The position numbers and the translations under genes are program-made. From assembly GCA_019459505.1 (NCBI GenBank), contig JAIBEV010000132.1, positions 263,559 to 287,558 of the forward strand: DNA of 24,000 nt. The letters are read 5' to 3'. Origin of the DNA: Candidatus Paracaedibacteraceae bacterium. GTDB lineage: Bacteria > Pseudomonadota > Alphaproteobacteria > Paracaedibacterales > Paracaedibacteraceae. Within the stretch, counting starts at the first letter, position 1; the number at the start of each line of letters is the position of its first letter. Below, piece after piece: positions 16,996-24,000 of the stretch. Under the pieces are notes generated by a model that was not told the DNA's origin, made no database searches, and saw only the letters and a program-made list of their open reading frames with translations.

Positions 16996-17609
16996 CGGGG
17001 TCCAAATAAAGCAGTACCAAGTCTGATTCTAGTGCTACCACATTTAATGGCGGTCTCATAGTCTTGAGACATACCCATACTCAAGATTTTTAAATGATGC
17101 TCTTGTGCTATATTTTTCAGTTTTCCAAAGTAGGGGCGTGGATCTTGGCCCGCCGGTGGAATGCCCATAAGGCCGTGGATAGGCAAGTTTTTATTTTTAC
17201 AGTATTGATAAAGATCAGAAAAATCGCTTGGAAGAACACCCGTTTTTTGAGGCTCCTCCCCAATATTGATTTGAATGAGAAATTCTTGGGTTCTGACAGT
17301 CGGTAAGGATAAATTTTTTATCAAAGCATCCACTAATGTTAGACGATCAATCACTTCGATGCTATGAAATAATTCGACTGCTTGTTTTACTTTATTGCTT
17401 TGCAGATGGCCAATAAGATGAAGCTGACACGTGGGAAATTCGGCCAATAAAGTCGGCCATTTTTCTTGCGCTTCTTGGACTCGATTTTCGCCAAATAGAC
17501 GATATCCCTGCTCGATAAGAGGGCGGATTTTTTCAATCCTTTGGGCTTTGCTAACAGCCATAATCTCTATAGGTAAAGATGTTAACAAGCCGGCAGCATT
17601 AAGTTGCAT
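16992..17609 (-). CDS. yggS: YggS-family pyridoxal-phosphate homeostasis protein
   Basis: 205-aa ORF. AVSKAQ (the PLP lysine) and FGENRVQEA are YggS signatures. Confidence 0.9.
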   Translation of the reverse strand: MQLNAAGLLTSLPIEIMAVSKAQRIEKIRPLIEQGYRLFGENRVQEAQEKWPTLLAEFPTCQLHLIGHLQSNKVKQAVELFHSIEVIDRLTLVDALIKNLSLPTVRTQEFLIQINIGEEPQKTGVLPSDFSDLYQYCKNKNLPIHGLMGIPPAGQDPRPYFGKLKNIAQEHHLKILSMGMSQDYETAIKCGSTRIRLGTALFGPR

Positions 17610-18106
17610 TATTTACGGCGGAACGCATCAAGCGTAATAATATTATTCGTTCCGTCCCCTGTATTGGCCTGCCCTTCACTGTCAAGGGGTGGTTTACGGG
17701 TTTTCTTTTGGTTGTCCAATTGAACCAATTCAGCATCCGCATCTACTTCAGCAGGGGTGAACTGTAAGCCAAATTTGACTGATGGGTCAACAAAGCTTAC
17801 AACAGCGCCAAATGGAATTGTCAAGCGTTCATGGACATCATTAAAGCATAAGGTGACGTTAAAGGCTTGTTCACCCACTTCAAGATCCCAAAATTCATAT
17901 TGCAACACAATCGTGATATCATCCGGATATTCTTCGCGCAGATAGTCTGGCAAATCCACGCCGGGATAATCCGTCTTAAAGGAGATGTAAAAATGATGCT
18001 TGCCTGGCAGGCCATCTTTAACAACGGTGGCCAATGTTCCTTTGATCACATTCCGTAAGGATTCTTGAACCAAATTTTCATAATCAAATGTGGATGCCTT
18101 GGTCAC
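17609..18106 (-). CDS. sspB: ClpXP adaptor SspB (alphaproteobacterial type)
   Basis: 165-aa ORF with a GTG start preceded by AAAGGTGA. LPGKHHFYISFKTDYPGVDLPDYLREEYPDDITIVLQYEFWDLEV matches the SspB-alpha core. The tail is disordered and ends in a short hydrophobic/basic ClpX-binding-like peptide (ITLDAFRRK). Confidence 0.8.
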   Translation of the reverse strand: MTKASTFDYENLVQESLRNVIKGTLATVVKDGLPGKHHFYISFKTDYPGVDLPDYLREEYPDDITIVLQYEFWDLEVGEQAFNVTLCFNDVHERLTIPFGAVVSFVDPSVKFGLQFTPAEVDADAELVQLDNQKKTRKPPLDSEGQANTGDGTNNIITLDAFRRK

Positions 18107-18140
18107 GGTCTCATCACCTTTCTGTCAAAAAATTTCAAGT

Positions 18141-18420
18141 GGGGGCTTCTGTTGCCCGGTGCCCCCGAACCGCGACTAACTTTAGTGCTTAATATCCGCA
18201 ATAGCTAAGATATTAGGCAGCCGCAGAAGCTACTGCTCCAAAACGGTTGTTATTAGCCGATGCAAATTTATTACTGTTTGCATTTATTAAATTTGCCCGA
18301 TAACGGCGGTGCTCACCGGACGAAAAATTTACCTTTACTACGCGCGTCGATCCTATTTCGTCCCCATAAATGGTGGAGACGCCGGGTACCGCCCCCGGGT
18401 CCGCAACGCTTATTCCATAA
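18141..18420 (-). ncRNA. ssrA: two-piece, circularly permuted tmRNA gene (acceptor piece, then 5-nt spacer, then coding piece)
   Basis: Read on the minus strand, the acceptor piece ends ...ggac ccggg ggcggta cccgg cgtctcc ACCA, with its 3' end at 18371. After the spacer tttat, the coding piece starts at 18365 with ggggacg aaata ggatcgac, close to E. coli GGGGCUG AUUCU GGAUUCGAC. The acceptor stem ggggacg/cgtctcc has G3:U70. The tag ORF and a stop-codon helix (taatatc/gatatta) are present. The 3' hairpin gggggc...gccccc (18141-18166) is followed by a T run. The 5' boundary is approximate. Confidence 0.85.
18213..18257 (-). other. tmRNA tag reading frame encoding ANNNRFGAVASAAA*
   Basis: gct aat aac aac cgt ttt gga gca gta gct tct gcg gct gcc taa. 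This fits the alphaproteobacterial AN(D/N)N...AA tag pattern. Confidence 0.8.
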
Positions 18421-18633
18421 ATTGTTTATCGTCATAGTCAGTTACCTGACACCTATAAAATAGGCCTTTTTTCTAAAAAATAAAAGGGGAAAGACTAAAA
18501 ATATTATTGGTCCTTTAAAATTCTTTTGATGTTTATTTGTCACAGGTTTTAAGAATTTGTTAAGCATTAACCATTTATTAACTTTTATAACCATAGAGTT
18601 AAGATAAGTCAGTGTTTTTCAGGGGAGAGGTTA

Positions 18634-19578
18634 ATGTTGCATCATATAGAATCAAGCCGAGCTTATTTAAGAGATCTATTTTCGTCACGGACAATACATA
18701 TTTTTATTGCAGTTTTGTTGGCCATTAGTGCGATGACTATCAGTTGGGAAATTACGATTCGTTACCATGAAACCCCTGAGGCTCAAAGTCTTGTTGGCTA
18801 TTTAGGCACCCTAAACACTATAATTTTATGTCTGTTTGCTCTTGAAATAGCCCTGAGGATTTTTGCCTTCGGGTGTAACTATTTTAAGTCAGCTTGGAAC
18901 GTCTTTGATTTTGTGGTGGTAGGACTGTCGCTTTTAACAGTTGGTTCTTTTTTCCAGATTATTCGGACCTTTAGGCTGTTTTTATTCTTAAGGACGATTT
19001 CAGTTTTTCCCAATTTTCAACATTTGATTACCTCATTGGGCCACGCCATTCCAAGAATTTTTTCTACTCTAATGTTGTTGATGTTTGCTATTTATATTTT
19101 CGCTATATGGGGGGTAATTGAGTATTCCATTACGTTTCCTGAATTGTTTGGGGGGCTCCCCATCGCATTTTCAACCATTTTCCATTCAGTGCTTTTGGGA
19201 CATACTTGGTCTGAAATTTATGATGTAATGGTTAAAGTTGACCCCGATGCCGGCTTCTTTATTTATCCGATGGTTGTGGTTCTTAATTTCTTGCTCTTGC
19301 AAATGGTTTTAGGAGTAATTATTAGCGCACTGCATTTCCAAAATGTGGCTGAACAAGAGCATAAGAAACATTCTTTCATTTTAGGATGGTTAACAGGTAA
19401 GCATAAGAATCACCATGATTCGCCTCTTTCCGCTGATACCAAGATTATCCTGCATGAAATCCATAAATTGAAGGCAGAATTAGGAGCTCTGGAGGCACAA
19501 CTGACCACCATGCCAAAAACGGTCTCATCTGTGGAAAAAAAAGATTCGCCAACACGGGGCCGCTCTAAAAAATCTTAG
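18634..19578 (+). CDS. 6-TM voltage-gated-type ion channel (Ion_trans family, BacNav-like) with a C-terminal coiled coil
   Basis: 314-aa ORF with the ribosome-binding site GGAGAGG. It has six hydrophobic segments, an S4 with Arg at every third residue (IIRTFRLFLFLRTISVFP), the pore segment FSTIFHSVLLGHTWSEIYDVM, and a heptad-like tail HEIHKLKAELGALEAQL. Confidence 0.8.
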   Translation: MLHHIESSRAYLRDLFSSRTIHIFIAVLLAISAMTISWEITIRYHETPEAQSLVGYLGTLNTIILCLFALEIALRIFAFGCNYFKSAWNVFDFVVVGLSLLTVGSFFQIIRTFRLFLFLRTISVFPNFQHLITSLGHAIPRIFSTLMLLMFAIYIFAIWGVIEYSITFPELFGGLPIAFSTIFHSVLLGHTWSEIYDVMVKVDPDAGFFIYPMVVVLNFLLLQMVLGVIISALHFQNVAEQEHKKHSFILGWLTGKHKNHHDSPLSADTKIILHEIHKLKAELGALEAQLTTMPKTVSSVEKKDSPTRGRSKKS

Positions 19579-19613
19579 GACAAGAGATAGGAGAGGTGAA
19601 GCGTGACCTTTAC

Positions 19614-19657
19614 CCCATGAAAAATCGAAGTTAAACTTGGAAATTTCATGGGATTTT
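19614..19657 (+). terminator. candidate terminator after the channel gene
   Basis: A 9-bp stem cccatgaaa (19614-19622) pairs with tttcatggg (19644-19652) and is followed by attttcc and T-rich sequence. The 21-nt loop weakens the call. Confidence 0.4.
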
Positions 19658-19752
19658 CCTTATTTACTTTTCTTTTCTAAGGATCTTCTTAAAATAAAAA
19701 CTCTTGCATTTCAGGGGGAATCTGGATAATGATGACACTGTAATCTTTTTGT

Positions 19753-19828
<76 letters not shown>

Positions 19829-19850
19829 CTTCAAAATAAGTTCACCCACC

Positions 19851-20171
19851 ATGACAAATATTCGCGCTCTTGCCCGCCAAACCTTAAGTCTTATTGCTAT
19901 CTTTATCGAAGAAAATGTGCCCGAAGTTGAGGTGGAACCGGGTGAAGAAGATGTGCTTATTATTGATTCCCAGGATCAAAATTATCTTTTAAATTATCAC
20001 GGTGTTACCCAGCAAATTTGGTATTCATCCGCTATGAGTGGGGCCCACCATTTTGCCCTGACTGAGAGTGGGGTGTGGCATTGTACCCGTAGCAAAAATA
20101 CGCTATATGAAGTACTGTCAAGCGAGTTAAGTCAACTTTGTCGGCGGGATGTAATAATACCGAATGCGTGA
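19851..20171 (+). CDS. cyaY: frataxin-like iron donor CyaY
   Basis: 106 aa from the ATG at 19851. The track ORF 19704-20171 runs through the tRNA, so its N-terminus is spurious. QQIWYSSAMSGAHHFAL...GVWHCTRS parallels E. coli CyaY (HQVWLATKQGGYHFDL...EWICDRS). Confidence 0.8.
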   Translation: MTNIRALARQTLSLIAIFIEENVPEVEVEPGEEDVLIIDSQDQNYLLNYHGVTQQIWYSSAMSGAHHFALTESGVWHCTRSKNTLYEVLSSELSQLCRRDVIIPNA

Positions 20172-22002
20172 AAAAAGTTCAGTTGAAATAAACCAACTCC
20201 CAGATCGGCAAATGAGTCAAAACTTATCGATCTTAAAAAAATTCTTGCCTTATCTTTTCCCTTATAAAAGCCAAATTTTGCTGGGAGTGGTGTCCTTGCT
20301 CTCAGCCACTCTTTCCGTTTTATGTATTGGCTTAGGCGTGCGCTCTCTTATCGATCAGGCTTTTACAGCAGAAAATCCTTTTGCCTTTAATGAAGCCATT
20401 TTATTTATGGTCGTCAGTGTTATTATCATGGCGGGGGCTAGTTTTGGCCGGACTTACTTTGTCTCCTGGATGGGCGAACGAGTAATGACTGACGTGCGCC
20501 AAAAAGTATTTAGTCATCTTTTAAAGCTGGAAGTTGGCTTTTTTGAGATGATTCGACCGGGCGAAATAATGTCCCGCCTTACAACCGATACAACGTTGAT
20601 TCAAATTGTCATTGGCAATTCAGCCGCTTTGGCTTTACGTAATTTGCTATTATTTATCGGTAGTGGGGCCATGATGTTGGTCATGTCCATTAAGTTGACC
20701 CTTCTATCGACGCTGATTGTTCCCTTAGTGTTAATTCCTCTCTTAATTTTTGGTAAAAGGGTGAAGCGTGACGCCCGTCAAACCCAGGACTCTATCGCCC
20801 ATTTATCCGGATTTTTAGAGGAATCGTTGGGGAGTATTCGATCTTGTTACGCCTTTGGGCGTGAAGCAGCAGAGCAAGCCTCCTTTAAATTCTTAGGAGA
20901 GACGACCTTTACCCAATCGGCCCATTATTTGTTGATGCGTTCTTGGTTGACTTTTTTTGTCATGGTTCTTGTCTTTTTAGGCGTTAGCGGCTTGTTATGG
21001 ATAGGGGGACGCGATGTCCTCACGGGCAATTTAAGTGCAGGACAATTAGCCTCTTTCTTATTCTATGCCTTAACAGCAGCAGGCTCTACAGCTTCTTTTA
21101 GTGAAATTTATGCGGATCTTCAGCGGGCTGCCGGGGCATCGGAGCGGATTTTTGAAATTTTAGCCACCGAGCCAAAAATTCAACAAAGTTCAAAATTACG
21201 CCCTTTACCGAAAGAGGCACGAGGGACAATCGCTTTGCATAATGTGCGTTTTGCCTATCCTAGTAATCCTAAACAAGAAATTTTGGATAATGTGACTTTA
21301 TCCTTAGCACCAGGCGAAAAGGTTGCGATTGTCGGTCCTTCGGGCTCTGGTAAAAGCACCATTTTATCCTTACTGCTAAGATTTTTTGACCCTCAATCTG
21401 GATCGATATACCTGGATGGGATCGATTTAAAGGATGCACCTCTTGACCAAGTTCGCAGCCGTTTCGGCATGGTCCCTCAGGATCCGATGATTTTTTCGGG
21501 CAGCCTTTATGACAATATTATTTATGGGCGTCCCCAGGCGACTGAGAGCGATATTTGGAATGCCTTAGAAGCAGCTCACCTAGGGGAATTAGTTAACCTT
21601 TTGCCCGATGGTATTCATACCCAAATAGGAACGCGCGGTGTCCGCTTATCCGGAGGACAAAAACAACGGGTAGCCATTGCACGCGTCATCTTGCGCAATG
21701 CCCCCATTTTGCTCTTGGATGAGGCGACCAGTGCTCTAGATGCCGAAAGCGAAGCGGCGGTGCAAAATAGTTTAAAACGATTGATGGCAACCAAAACCAC
21801 CTTGGTGGTAGCCCATCGATTAGCCACAGTTCTTACTTCTGACAGAATTGTGGTGCTGAATAAGGGCCGCATTGAGGCTACGGGAACCCATGCAGAATTG
21901 ATCGCTGAGGATGGATTGTATCGACGCTTAGCCACCCTACAATTTACCGATTCGTTGGCTGTAACCGGTCGACACAAGGAGCATCAAACCTTATGGGCCT
22001 AG
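20164..22002 (+). CDS. ABC exporter, fused permease/ATPase half-transporter (ABCB/MdlB-type)
   Basis: 612-aa ORF with six N-terminal TM helices. Walker A is GPSGSGKST, the signature is LSGGQKQR and Walker B is ILLLDEATSALD. It overlaps cyaY by 8 nt. An alternative start at Met17 is possible. Confidence 0.9.
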   Translation: MREKSSVEINQLPDRQMSQNLSILKKFLPYLFPYKSQILLGVVSLLSATLSVLCIGLGVRSLIDQAFTAENPFAFNEAILFMVVSVIIMAGASFGRTYFVSWMGERVMTDVRQKVFSHLLKLEVGFFEMIRPGEIMSRLTTDTTLIQIVIGNSAALALRNLLLFIGSGAMMLVMSIKLTLLSTLIVPLVLIPLLIFGKRVKRDARQTQDSIAHLSGFLEESLGSIRSCYAFGREAAEQASFKFLGETTFTQSAHYLLMRSWLTFFVMVLVFLGVSGLLWIGGRDVLTGNLSAGQLASFLFYALTAAGSTASFSEIYADLQRAAGASERIFEILATEPKIQQSSKLRPLPKEARGTIALHNVRFAYPSNPKQEILDNVTLSLAPGEKVAIVGPSGSGKSTILSLLLRFFDPQSGSIYLDGIDLKDAPLDQVRSRFGMVPQDPMIFSGSLYDNIIYGRPQATESDIWNALEAAHLGELVNLLPDGIHTQIGTRGVRLSGGQKQRVAIARVILRNAPILLLDEATSALDAESEAAVQNSLKRLMATKTTLVVAHRLATVLTSDRIVVLNKGRIEATGTHAELIAEDGLYRRLATLQFTDSLAVTGRHKEHQTLWA

Positions 22003-22733
22003 CACACCAAAAAATTTTATGGAGTCCCGAAGAACAATTAATTCGTGAAGAGTTAGCTGATTGTTATCACTTAGCTGTTAAGCTTGGGTGGACAGATTCC
22101 ATCTTTACTCATTTTACGGTGCGGGTTCCTGGCGAAGAAGCCTTTTTAATTAATGCTTTTGGTTTAAATTTTGAAGAAATTACGCCAGAAAACTTGGTTA
22201 AAGTGACCCTAGAGGGAGAGGTTTTATATCCTCAGGATGGTCTCATTAACAAGGCCGGCTATACGCTGCACAGTGCAATCCATGAGACCCGCCCTGAAAT
22301 TATGTGTGTGCTCCATACGCATACGCCCTACGGTATGGCTGTTTCCATGCTGGAAGGAGGGCTACAGCCCTTCTCTCAACATTCCTGCCGTTATCATAAT
22401 CGGGTAGGCTACCATACCTATGGCGGTGTATTGTTCGATCATGAGGAAAAAGCTAATCTCGTGGCCTCCATGGGTGACCATAAAACGCTAATCCTCCGCA
22501 ATCATGGACTGGTGACCATGGGAACATCAATTGGGGAAGCCTTCTTCTTAATGTATAATTTGGAAATTTCAGCTAAGACACAAGTGCTCGCTTTATCGAC
22601 GGGGCAAAGGCTGGTCCAACCACCTGAGGACGTCGTGCAATTTACGGCTAACCAAATGAATAACCCCAATCATCATTTTATCGATAATCTGGCGTGGCAG
22701 GCGTTTCGGCGCTGGGTACGGTTGGATATATAG
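21993..22733 (+). CDS. class II aldolase/adducin-domain protein
   Basis: 246-aa ORF. The HTHTPYG metal-binding motif and RNHGLVTMG are typical of the class II aldolase/adducin N-terminal family. It overlaps the ABC gene by 10 nt. Confidence 0.85.
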   Translation: MGLAHQKILWSPEEQLIREELADCYHLAVKLGWTDSIFTHFTVRVPGEEAFLINAFGLNFEEITPENLVKVTLEGEVLYPQDGLINKAGYTLHSAIHETRPEIMCVLHTHTPYGMAVSMLEGGLQPFSQHSCRYHNRVGYHTYGGVLFDHEEKANLVASMGDHKTLILRNHGLVTMGTSIGEAFFLMYNLEISAKTQVLALSTGQRLVQPPEDVVQFTANQMNNPNHHFIDNLAWQAFRRWVRLDI

Positions 22734-22739
22734 GCCTTC

Positions 22740-23708
22740 TTAGGAATTTTTTCTCTCTTCTCTTGTGTTGAGGAAGCTGCCTAAATAATCCACACTCTTG
22801 CTATAGGCGATATAATAACGCTGTTGACCGTCTAAAATCTGCACTGGCTCAATGTAGGGGTCAAAGTGAACCACTTCTTGCGGATAAATAAAAGGAAAGC
22901 AGATGGTTTGACATCGGTTTTTGAGATCCTCGACAATTCTTGCAGAAAGGCTGTGATTAGATTGAAGGAAACGATCCACGGCTTGTCCCTGCTCGGCAAA
23001 GCTTTGCTCATTAAACACAAACAATGCGCTGGTTTGCCCTTGGTGATCTAGCAACAGGAAACTGCCGGTGATATCTAAGAGATAGTGCTCTATAATCCGG
23101 TGGCGCTTCATGAAGTTTTGTAAGAACTCCATAAAGACAGGGTCACTTAAGGTCGGTAAGGTATTATTCTCTCTCTGCCACTTTTCTAAAAGCGGATCCA
23201 CCAGGGCATTCACGCCGTCACGAAAATAATGAGCCTGACTCTGTTGGATAAACTCTTCTAAAAGAGATGCTGCATCAGGATTTTGCGTGCAGACATAAAA
23301 ATTGATGAGCCCTTCATTAAAGGCGCTTACAACTGTTTTTTCATCCCTGGCTTGTGTCACTAAAATCTTTTTAGCAGGCAACTGGTCAAGCTTTTGCAGA
23401 AAAGATAGGCTCTCCTGAGTTAGGGTTGTTTCCTGATAAACTACACAAGAAACCGTTTCATCGCGACAAGGATTATAAATCTCTTCATAAAGATAATTGA
23501 TGCTGCTGAGGTCAAACACATCATGCGCTTGGGCTGTTAAGCGATCAAAGAGAAGGGGGACTGTTTGTGTCTTGATTAACATATCCAGAGCTTTAGGAGG
23601 CGATATCCATTGTTGGGAGTCCTGATATATATTTTTGATATAGGTATTATCAGTATTTCCTATAGATATAACTGTTGTCGGAAAGAAGCAATAGGGCAAC
23701 GTATTCAT
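22740..23708 (-). CDS. hypothetical protein (no family recognised)
   Basis: 322-aa ORF. A strong ribosome-binding site AAGAGGTGA lies 7 nt upstream and overlaps the stop of the upstream XRE gene. Internal antisense ORFs are short. The segment KKILVTQARDEKTVVSAFNEGLINFYV faintly recalls a receiver-domain beta4-alpha4-beta5 region, but no canonical acidic pocket is evident. Confidence 0.7.
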   Translation of the reverse strand: MNTLPYCFFPTTVISIGNTDNTYIKNIYQDSQQWISPPKALDMLIKTQTVPLLFDRLTAQAHDVFDLSSINYLYEEIYNPCRDETVSCVVYQETTLTQESLSFLQKLDQLPAKKILVTQARDEKTVVSAFNEGLINFYVCTQNPDAASLLEEFIQQSQAHYFRDGVNALVDPLLEKWQRENNTLPTLSDPVFMEFLQNFMKRHRIIEHYLLDITGSFLLLDHQGQTSALFVFNEQSFAEQGQAVDRFLQSNHSLSARIVEDLKNRCQTICFPFIYPQEVVHFDPYIEPVQILDGQQRYYIAYSKSVDYLGSFLNTREERKNS

Positions 23709-23721
23709 AATGGATCACCTC

Positions 23722-24000
23722 TTATTTTTCTATAACCTTAACTTCTGAAACAGTTCCATACAGCGCACACAGCTCGATCCGGACCTTTTGACCTTTTAAG
23801 TTTTCATAAACCAGCCAATTCCCGTGCTCAGTCAAACAGATTGAAATACCATCCAGGCCATCAAAAAAGAAGTTAGGGGTAACCGAGAGCACCTTACATA
23901 ATTGATAAAGGCGATAAGGCGGCAACTTATCGGTCCCGCGTTCATACTTAGAAAGCTGTTGGGGCGTTAGGTGCAGTAATCTGGCTAAATCATGCTGTTT
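23722..24000 (-). CDS. XRE/Cro-C1-type helix-turn-helix transcriptional regulator, 5' end outside the window
   Basis: The frame is open to the window edge. It reads KQHDLARLLHLTPQQLSKYERGTDKLPPYRLYQLCKVLSVTPNFFFDG, the HTH_3 pattern (QQxSKYExG...L..L...L.V...FF). The track's Met at 23925 is an internal TTG (Leu). Confidence 0.8.
   Translation of the reverse strand, partial: KQHDLARLLHLTPQQLSKYERGTDKLPPYRLYQLCKVLSVTPNFFFDGLDGISICLTEHGNWLVYENLKGQKVRIELCALYGTVSEVKVIEK

Noticed and set aside
17094-18058. Cluster of 62-70-aa ORFs on both strands within yggS and sspB
   Set aside because: All are nested in or antisense to genes with clear family motifs, and none has a start context.
18260-18463. 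67-aa plus-strand ORF in the track
   Set aside because: It lies entirely antisense to the tmRNA gene. Its Arg/Pro-rich translation is a by-product of the structured GC-rich RNA, and it has no ribosome-binding site.
21615-21977. 120-aa antisense ORF inside the ABC ATPase domain
   Set aside because: This is a typical shadow ORF opposite a conserved, relatively GC-rich nucleotide-binding domain. The sense-strand motifs (LSGGQ, Walker B) are unambiguous.

Overview
This 24-kb window looks like a chromosomal segment of a moderately AT-rich alphaproteobacterium, possibly host-associated (the lifestyle is inference). The lineage call rests on three things: a circularly permuted two-piece tmRNA gene, a Tim44-like/SecB/MltA/Smr cluster, and an SspB-alpha-type adaptor. 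Most of the window is tightly packed housekeeping operons. These are waaA-lpxK, Tim44-like-mltA-smr, secB, two transporters, ssrA followed by sspB-yggS-(pilin-like)-MTHFS-sugar dehydrogenase, and tRNA-Ala-cyaY-ABC exporter-class II aldolase. The clearly accessory part is a ~2.75-kb AT-rich insert (about 8870-11619). It is bracketed by ~100-bp imperfect direct repeats that duplicate the 3' end of the amino-acid permease gene. Its only gene encodes an orphan 726-aa protein with a signal peptide, a proline-rich internally repeated core and eukaryote-like basic NLS-type clusters, so I rate it a candidate host-targeted effector. A frameshifted MFS transporter lies next to the insert. Other items worth a second look are a BacNav-like channel with an apparently non-canonical selectivity filter, an orphan pseudopilin-like gene translationally coupled inside a housekeeping operon, and an XRE-HTH plus unassignable 322-aa gene pair cut by the right edge. 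I saw no CRISPR array, transposase, integrase or rRNA. All family assignments come from motifs recognised by eye; no database search or folding program was run.
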